DNA of 40,005 nucleotides from the UHGV virus genome UHGV-0382895; one strand, 5' to 3'. Position 1 is the stretch's first letter; the number at the start of each line of letters is the position of its first letter. A model generated the notes under the pieces. The model made no database searches, was not told the DNA's origin, and saw only the letters and a program-made list of their open reading frames with translations. The stretch is from a virus. The position numbers and the translations under genes were made by a program. Shown one piece after another: positions 35,396 through 40,005 of the stretch.

Positions 35396-35411
35396 ATTCG
35401 CACCTGCGAAT
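35396..35411. promoter_or_regulatory. Operator-like inverted repeat ATTCGCA-cc-TGCGAAT just downstream of the lytic promoter
   Basis: Perfect 7-bp arms. Confidence 0.5.
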
Positions 35412-35422
35412 ATCTTGACTGT

Positions 35423-35452
35423 ATTATATTCTCACGCGCAACCATTGTCAAG
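35423..35452 (-). promoter_or_regulatory. Early lytic promoter (TTGACA-18-TATAAT on the minus strand)
   Basis: Reverse complement of tgtcaa at 35447-52 and attata at 35423-28. Confidence 0.6.
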
Positions 35453-35455
35453 CAT

Positions 35456-35477
35456 TATATTTTCACGTGAGAATATA
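35456..35477. promoter_or_regulatory. Operator-like 22-bp near-palindrome centred on CACGTG, with related half-sites ATTATATTyTCACG at 35423-36 and 35454-67
   Basis: 20 of 22 positions self-complementary. Confidence 0.45.
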
Positions 35478-35523
35478 TTTCTCTTTATTTTACGTTTTTT
35501 ATACGTTTTAGCGTTTATTTCTA

Positions 35524-35552
35524 TTTACAATGTTCGCAAAATCGTATATAAT
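35524..35552 (+). promoter_or_regulatory. Promoter of the lysogeny operon (TTTACA-17-TATAAT)
   Basis: Followed by RBS AGAGAGAGGTGA and the ATG at 35579. Confidence 0.55.
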
Positions 35553-35578
35553 ATAAAGCATCAGAGAGAGGTGAAAAA

Positions 35579-35911
35579 ATGAATAGGGAGCAACTAATTC
35601 AGCGATTAATAAAGGAGCAAGGATATAGTTTAAGGGCCTTTGCAGAAAAATGTGATATCCCATACACAAGCCTATATACTATATTGAATCGAACTGGCAT
35701 TGGTAAAGCCAGCGTTGATGTGGTTATTGCATTATGTCGCGAGCTTGGAATAACCGTAGATGAGCTTGATGAAATGACAGAAGGAACATCGAAATCCAAA
35801 TATGAGCCAACATATGAAGATATCCAAAGTCTTATTGCCAGAAACGGAAAAAAACTCACGGTCGAACAAAAACAGGATATCATTAGAACGTTATTATCTG
35901 ATGATGACTAA
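35579..35911 (+). CDS. ImmR-like XRE-family repressor (lysogeny maintenance)
   Basis: 110 aa. HTH YSLRAFAEKCDIPYTSLYTILN. Immediately followed by an ImmA-like peptidase. Confidence 0.75.
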   Translation: MNREQLIQRLIKEQGYSLRAFAEKCDIPYTSLYTILNRTGIGKASVDVVIALCRELGITVDELDEMTEGTSKSKYEPTYEDIQSLIARNGKKLTVEQKQDIIRTLLSDDD

Positions 35912-35925
35912 AGGAGTGATTTTGT

Positions 35926-36636
35926 TTGGAACGGCGCGAGATTTTTCGTATTATTTTAGATGTATACGAAACCTGCGAAATAAAAGAGTTTCCCATTGAC
36001 TGCATTGATGTTATTAAAAAATTAAAAATCCCTTTGTATAAGTATACCGAACTTTCCGCTAAAAAGGAAAAAGAGTGTTATAGGGTAAGCGATGATGCAT
36101 TTAAACTTAAAGGGAAAATCTATTATAATGATTCCTTCCCGTATATATGCCGGCAACGTTTCACGCTTATGCATGAGGTTGGTCACATATTATTAAAACA
36201 TGTTGGTGATACCAAAGAAAATGATGACGAAACAAATTATTTCGCCAGCCATTTTTTAGCACCACGTATTCTTATTCACAAATATAAATGTCATGACGCA
36301 ATCCAGATACATGACAAATTTGGTCTGTCCTATCAGGCATCTAATAGAGCCTTGATGTCCTACAAAGAATGGTTCCGCAACATCTCTTACAGCGTAACCA
36401 GAAAGCCCACGGAACCGGAGCTACAGTTGGAACGCATTTTCTTTCCGGAATCAAATCTGGTTCCACTCATGGAGGGTATTGTCCAACCTGCCAAAGGATA
36501 CTACGTGGAGGAGGATAAGGAGGACTATTCCCAATTGGATGAACGCTCCGATTTTATGAGATTTTTAAGTAGATGGCGTGGAGATGTGGGATTTAATATA
36601 GCAGAAAATAAATGGCTTTACGGAAATGATTTTTAA
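35926..36636 (+). CDS. immA: ImmA/IrrE-family metallopeptidase (anti-repressor protease) with a C-terminal extension
   Basis: HEVGHILLKH (HExxH) plus a downstream acidic ligand region. Paired with the upstream HTH repressor. Confidence 0.8.
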   Translation: MERREIFRIILDVYETCEIKEFPIDCIDVIKKLKIPLYKYTELSAKKEKECYRVSDDAFKLKGKIYYNDSFPYICRQRFTLMHEVGHILLKHVGDTKENDDETNYFASHFLAPRILIHKYKCHDAIQIHDKFGLSYQASNRALMSYKEWFRNISYSVTRKPTEPELQLERIFFPESNLVPLMEGIVQPAKGYYVEEDKEDYSQLDERSDFMRFLSRWRGDVGFNIAENKWLYGNDF

Positions 36637-36653
36637 TTTTCAAGCGAAGGGAT

Positions 36654-37625
36654 ATGCTTGTTATGAAAAAACATGGTTTAATATATCATATTGTATTCTT
36701 CCCTTTTTTATTATTCAAATACGGTATAATTTTAGGCGAAGCTTTCTTGAAATTTTCTATAGGATTTGCTTTCAAATTCACTTTTTACTATATGCCACTA
36801 TTTGCGTTTTCAATAGTTAAAGCAATTATTCCAAAACTTCGCTTATCCGCGCCTTATATACAAAAGATGGATGGACACGGGTATGAATATGCTTGTGCAG
36901 ACATGTTAAAAAAAAGAGGTTATTCACGTGTCACTGTAACCAAAGCAAGTGGTGATCAGGGAATTGATATCATAGCCTATAAAAACGGAAAAAAATATGG
37001 TATACAATGTAAATATTATTCCTCCCCCGTTGGAAACAAAGCAATACAAGAAACCTATGCTGGCATTAAATATTATAATTGCGATATTGGTGCTGTGATG
37101 ACTAATAATACATTTACTGCTTCTGCAAAGAATCTTGCCACAAAAACAGGAATATTGTTGTGGGACAATAATAATGTTTCATGCATCCCCCATGCATCAT
37201 CTAAATTTGTACTCTTTATTGCTTGTATGGTTGCCCTAATAATAGCTTATAGTTACATAGGATTAATTCCATTTTTTATTATTGGAATTATAGTCTTATT
37301 ATTATTCATAATATTCAAAAGGATTCCTGCGATTTCGCAACCCAAAGAACAGTTTCAAGATTCAACAATGACGGATTCCGAAGCATTACTTTATGGGGCA
37401 ATGTGTGAAAAATATGCAAAAGAAAAAGATTATATGGAGTCTATGGGAATCCTAAATGAGGCTCAAAATGTAAATTCTCCACCATCTAAACATATTAGCA
37501 TTCCAAGCGAAGAAACTCAGTCCTCCCAAGAAGACATTTTACTCTACGCAAAAAAATGTGAGAAATATGCTCAAGAGAAAGACTATATGGACAAGTTGGG
37601 TATATTATCGGATGATAAATTGTAA
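36654..37625 (+). CDS. Membrane-anchored Mrr-cat (restriction-endonuclease-fold) protein with two C-terminal repeats of about 35 aa
   Basis: GHGYEYACADMLKKRGYSRVTVTKASGDQGIDIIAYKNGKKYGIQCKYY... resembles Mrr_cat. TM helices on both sides of the domain. AT-rich region. Confidence 0.7.
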   Translation: MLVMKKHGLIYHIVFFPFLLFKYGIILGEAFLKFSIGFAFKFTFYYMPLFAFSIVKAIIPKLRLSAPYIQKMDGHGYEYACADMLKKRGYSRVTVTKASGDQGIDIIAYKNGKKYGIQCKYYSSPVGNKAIQETYAGIKYYNCDIGAVMTNNTFTASAKNLATKTGILLWDNNNVSCIPHASSKFVLFIACMVALIIAYSYIGLIPFFIIGIIVLLLFIIFKRIPAISQPKEQFQDSTMTDSEALLYGAMCEKYAKEKDYMESMGILNEAQNVNSPPSKHISIPSEETQSSQEDILLYAKKCEKYAQEKDYMDKLGILSDDKL

Positions 37626-37782
37626 ATAAGCAAAAAGCCCCTGTGCAACCAACACAGAAGCTTTCCACATAGATTTTCTCTTGCCGGACGAATCCAGGAA
37701 GATATAAATCAATCTAACACACCTGAATTATATCATTCCTGCAGCGTCCTGGCAAGAGGGCGTATTTTTTATACCCAAAATT

Positions 37783-37797
37783 GTTGCGATATCGCAC
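37783..37797. repeat. Palindrome copy 4, GTTGCGATATCGCAC, about 25 bp upstream of the int start
   Basis: 13 of 14 core match. Confidence 0.65.
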
Positions 37798-37818
37798 CCC
37801 ATAGAAAGGAATGATATC

Positions 37819-39078
37819 ATGCCAACCGCAAAGAAACTGCCAAGCGGCTCCTGGCGCTGCCAGGTGTACAGCCACACGGAGGAGATTGCACAGCCGGACG
37901 GAACCATAAAGAAAAAGAGGATATACAAATCCTTTACCAGTGATGACACCAGTCCCAAGGGAAAGCGGAAGGCGGAAAAGGACGCCGCAGCTTGGGCAGT
38001 CACAAAAGAAAGTACCAGCAAACAGATTGATAAGACATATGGTGAACTATTGGATAATTATATAGAGGCACGCAGTGCAGTTCTGTCCCCATCAACCATC
38101 CGGGAGTATAAACGTTCTCGCAGAACCGACCTTCAGGGGCTAATGAATAAGAAAGCCCTTAGCATCACCCAGGAGGACATTCAGCTGGAGATAAATAAGG
38201 CAGCCCTGAACCACTCCCCTAAATCCATACGCAATATGCATGGCCTTGTTTCTGCTGTCATGAGCACATACCGGCCGGATTTCGTACTGAACACTGACCT
38301 GCCAAAAAAAGTACGCCCAAACCTCTACGTCCCCACAGACGCCGATGTGAAACGTCTGATGGAGGCGGTTGCGGATACACCGATGGAAATCCCTGTGCTA
38401 CTGGCCGCCTTCGGCCCCATGCGCCGTGGGGAAATATGCGCATTGGACGATAGCCACATCCAGGGCAACATCATACATGTGGAATACTCCATGGCCTTAA
38501 ATGATAAGAACGAATGGGTCATCAAGGCCCCAAAATCAATCGCCGGCGACCGATACATTGAGTTTCCAGATTTCGTGATAGCTAAGTTGGGCACGAAAGA
38601 AGGCCGCATTGTCAGTCTCACCCCTTCTCAGGTATCTGACCGCTTCTCTGACATCCTCAGGAAAGCGGGGATTCCGCATTTCCGTTTCCATGACCTCAGA
38701 CACTATAGCGCATCCATCCAGCACGCCCTGGGCATACCGGATGCCTACATTATGAAGAGAGGCGGATGGGAGGACGATGCTGTCCTGAAGGACGTATATA
38801 GACATGCCATGGAGGAGCAGGCCAAGCTAATGAATGCCAAGACTAATTCCTACTTCTCGCAGCTCATCAGCGTCTCCTCCCTCTCCCCGAACCAGCAGAA
38901 AATTCTAACATTGTTCGAAAGCCTGGGAACCCCATCATACCTATGTGCCAATGTCATAAACCAGCTTGATGGAAATAAGGAAGCGGAGGTCATTGAAGCA
39001 TTGGAAAACGTCCTTAACTTGGTAGGCCCCTTCGCAGAATGCAACACGAAATGCAACACAAAAACGAAAAACCCTTGA
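37819..39078 (+). CDS. int: Tyrosine integrase with an N-terminal arm-binding domain and a C-terminal extension of about 80 aa
   Basis: LPSGSWRCQVY arm-binding-type N-terminus. HDLRHYSASI box II. Catalytic Tyr in VYRHAMEE about 80 aa before the C-terminus. Confidence 0.9.
   Translation: MPTAKKLPSGSWRCQVYSHTEEIAQPDGTIKKKRIYKSFTSDDTSPKGKRKAEKDAAAWAVTKESTSKQIDKTYGELLDNYIEARSAVLSPSTIREYKRSRRTDLQGLMNKKALSITQEDIQLEINKAALNHSPKSIRNMHGLVSAVMSTYRPDFVLNTDLPKKVRPNLYVPTDADVKRLMEAVADTPMEIPVLLAAFGPMRRGEICALDDSHIQGNIIHVEYSMALNDKNEWVIKAPKSIAGDRYIEFPDFVIAKLGTKEGRIVSLTPSQVSDRFSDILRKAGIPHFRFHDLRHYSASIQHALGIPDAYIMKRGGWEDDAVLKDVYRHAMEEQAKLMNAKTNSYFSQLISVSSLSPNQQKILTLFESLGTPSYLCANVINQLDGNKEAEVIEALENVLNLVGPFAECNTKCNTKTKNP
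39039..39063 (+). repeat. Integrase arm-type direct repeat, copy A (ATGCAACACGAAATGCAACAC[a]AAA), inside the int 3' end
   Basis: 21 of 21 identical (24 of 25 with the variable base) to 39243-39267. Confidence 0.55.
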
Positions 39079-39093
39079 TTTCTCAAGGGTTTT
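39072..39093 (+). terminator. Rho-independent terminator of int
   Basis: cccttga-tttc-tcaaggg followed by tttt. The stem includes the int TGA. Confidence 0.65.
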
Positions 39094-39097
39094 GCTA

Positions 39098-39122
39098 TGC
39101 GGCTAACAGGACTCGAACCCGT
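39098..39122 (-). other. tRNA 3' fragment (T-arm ACGGG-TTCGAGT-CCTGT plus acceptor 3' strand TAGCCGC and discriminator A); likely attP core
   Basis: Minus strand reads acGGGTTCGAGTCCtgttagccgca. No matching 5' acceptor strand (GCGGCTA) or D/anticodon arms within 100 nt, so not a complete tRNA. Confidence 0.5.
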
Positions 39123-39159
39123 GTTCGGTCAATCACGTAAATTACGATATTACAAGATT

Positions 39160-39175
39160 CCTTGTAAATACAAGG
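39160..39175. repeat. Perfect hairpin ccttgta-aa-tacaagg within the att region
   Basis: CCTTGTA pairs with TACAAGG. Confidence 0.4.
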
Positions 39176-39242
39176 TTCTCCACATTCATCGGTGATTGGA
39201 ATGAGTCAAATAATCCATGTTAAAACCACTTCTGACAGTGCT

Positions 39243-39267
39243 ATGCAACACGAAATGCAACACGAAA
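39243..39267 (+). repeat. Integrase arm-type direct repeat, copy B
   Basis: ATGCAACACGAAATGCAACACGAAA, a tandem of the 12-mer TGCAACACGAAA. Confidence 0.55.
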
Positions 39268-39297
39268 TTGGCGGGTTCTGCCATCCGGCGCCACCCC

Positions 39298-39528
39298 TCA
39301 ATCTTTAAAAAATTCTGCATAGTCCACGCCAAAAAGTTCTTTCAGAAGCCGTAAATCACTGGCTTTGATATTACGCTTACCGCTCTCTATGTTGGCCAGT
39401 GTACTTCTCGACATCATACTGCCAAGAAGTTGTAACTGCTCAATGACAGCCTGTTGTGTCATGCCCTTCTCCATTCTTATATTCTGGATGTTACGTCCTA
39501 TCGGTACATCCTGGAGTATCATCGTCAT
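39298..39528 (-). CDS. Standalone XRE-family HTH regulator, 76 aa
   Basis: MTQQAVIEQLQLLGSMMSRSTLANIESGKR is an HTH_3 pattern. Confidence 0.6.
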   Translation of the reverse strand: MTMILQDVPIGRNIQNIRMEKGMTQQAVIEQLQLLGSMMSRSTLANIESGKRNIKASDLRLLKELFGVDYAEFFKD

Positions 39529-39647
39529 ATACTCATCCTTCCAATACTGCCACTATTCGGTGTCATTATGGTATTGAGTATATCCACAATTTGTGTTAAC
39601 ATTGCCACTAGATAGTAACAATCGTAATCGCGCAAAGGGGGACGCAT

Positions 39648-39842
39648 ATGGATAGGATTACAAAGTATCTATGGATATCCGGAGTGATAACAGATGAGCA
39701 GCTAATGGAACGTCTTGCTCCTGATGAACAACTGGTTTTAAAAAGAGTTTTAAAGAAGCCCAGCGACAAGGAGAATCGTGAGGCACTTGATAAGATATTT
39801 TATAGAATTGAGCATGAAACAGACAGTAACGGCGAGGAGTAA
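39648..39842 (+). CDS. Hypothetical 64-aa protein divergent from the XRE gene, convergent with the endolysin
   Basis: RBS AAAGGGGGA. ORF from the track. Confidence 0.4.
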   Translation: MDRITKYLWISGVITDEQLMERLAPDEQLVLKRVLKKPSDKENREALDKIFYRIEHETDSNGEE

Positions 39843-39856
39843 TCCCCGCCGCTTTT

Positions 39857-40005
39857 TTACTCCGCCAGCCCAGGCCACCGCAGCGCCCCGTCCTTATCCG
39901 GCGTCAGTGTCACCGGCTCCGTGGCCATCTTACCGTCCGGCATCAGGTAATAGTAGTTGTCGCCGCTGGCCTGCAGGCCCTGGACCATAGCCCCGTCCGC
40001 CCCTA
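39857..40005 (-). CDS. Endolysin, C-terminal part (last cell-wall-binding repeats); joins 1..694 in frame if circular, giving about 280 aa in total
   Basis: Reverse complement from 40005 reads (c)ta ggg gcg gac ... = L GADGAMVQGLQASGDNYYYLMPDGKMATEPVTLTPDKDGALRWPGLAE with stop TAA at 39859..39857. The single leftover base of the 1..694 ORF plus the two terminal bases complete a CTA codon. Confidence 0.7.
   Translation of the reverse strand, partial: GADGAMVQGLQASGDNYYYLMPDGKMATEPVTLTPDKDGALRWPGLAE

Larger units (their letters stand above)
1..40005. mobile_element. Complete temperate siphovirus genome with head, tail, lysis, replication and lysogeny modules and an attP-like site; ends appear contiguous (circular or permuted)
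   Basis: Full syntenic phage module order on the minus strand. Integrase plus attP-like core with flanking arm repeats. The endolysin ORF continues in frame across the window junction. Confidence 0.8.

Noticed and set aside
39094-39240. Possible complete tRNA gene next to the integrase
   Set aside because: Only the T-arm and acceptor 3' strand are present. There is no complementary 5' acceptor strand (GCGGCTA) and no D or anticodon arm geometry upstream. It is interpreted as the phage-borne tRNA 3' fragment of attP.
1-40005. CRISPR array, rRNA genes, or a diversity-generating retroelement targeting the fiber
   Set aside because: No regularly spaced short repeats with unique spacers. No rRNA-like sequence. 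No reverse-transcriptase motifs (YxDD) in any frame. The fiber repeats are protein-domain tandems, not a TR/VR pair.

Overview
The window reads as a complete temperate siphovirus (tailed phage) genome from a low-GC Gram-positive host, probably Clostridia (GGAGG-type RBSs, choline-binding-type cell-wall-binding repeats, ICEBs1/PBSX-like gene families, about 50% GC with several AT-rich islands). Nearly all genes lie on the minus strand and follow a classic lytic order from about 35.4 kb leftwards. The genetic switch is a cro-like gene divergent from an immR-like repressor. Early genes follow, leftward: YqaJ exonuclease, DUF1351, RecT, a DnaD-type replisome organizer, a LexA-like DNA-binding-domain-only protein, and a DUF3102 Cys-rich protein. 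Next come an ArpU-like late regulator, an AT-rich moron, large terminase, portal, MuF-like minor head protein, scaffold, major capsid, head-tail joining genes, major tail, chaperones, tape measure, tail tip proteins, and the lysis genes XhlA and XhlB. A 932-aa receptor-binding protein sits between XhlB and an NlpC/P60 endolysin. The lysogeny module is plus-strand and AT-rich: immR-like, immA, a membrane-anchored Mrr-cat nuclease-fold protein, and a tyrosine integrase. Just past the integrase is an attP-like region with a tRNA 3' fragment flanked by integrase arm-type direct repeats. The two window ends join in frame inside the endolysin gene, so the sequence is most likely circular or circularly permuted. 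Other points of interest are a 16-bp palindrome present four times (twice inside coding regions), a MuF protein with a C-terminal HExxH extension, a terminase ORF with a small-subunit-like N-terminal extension, and three AT-rich moron islands with their own promoters and terminators. No rRNA, CRISPR array, reverse transcriptase or complete tRNA was found. All calls come from reading the sequence and the ORF track; family assignments are from remembered motifs and were not searched.
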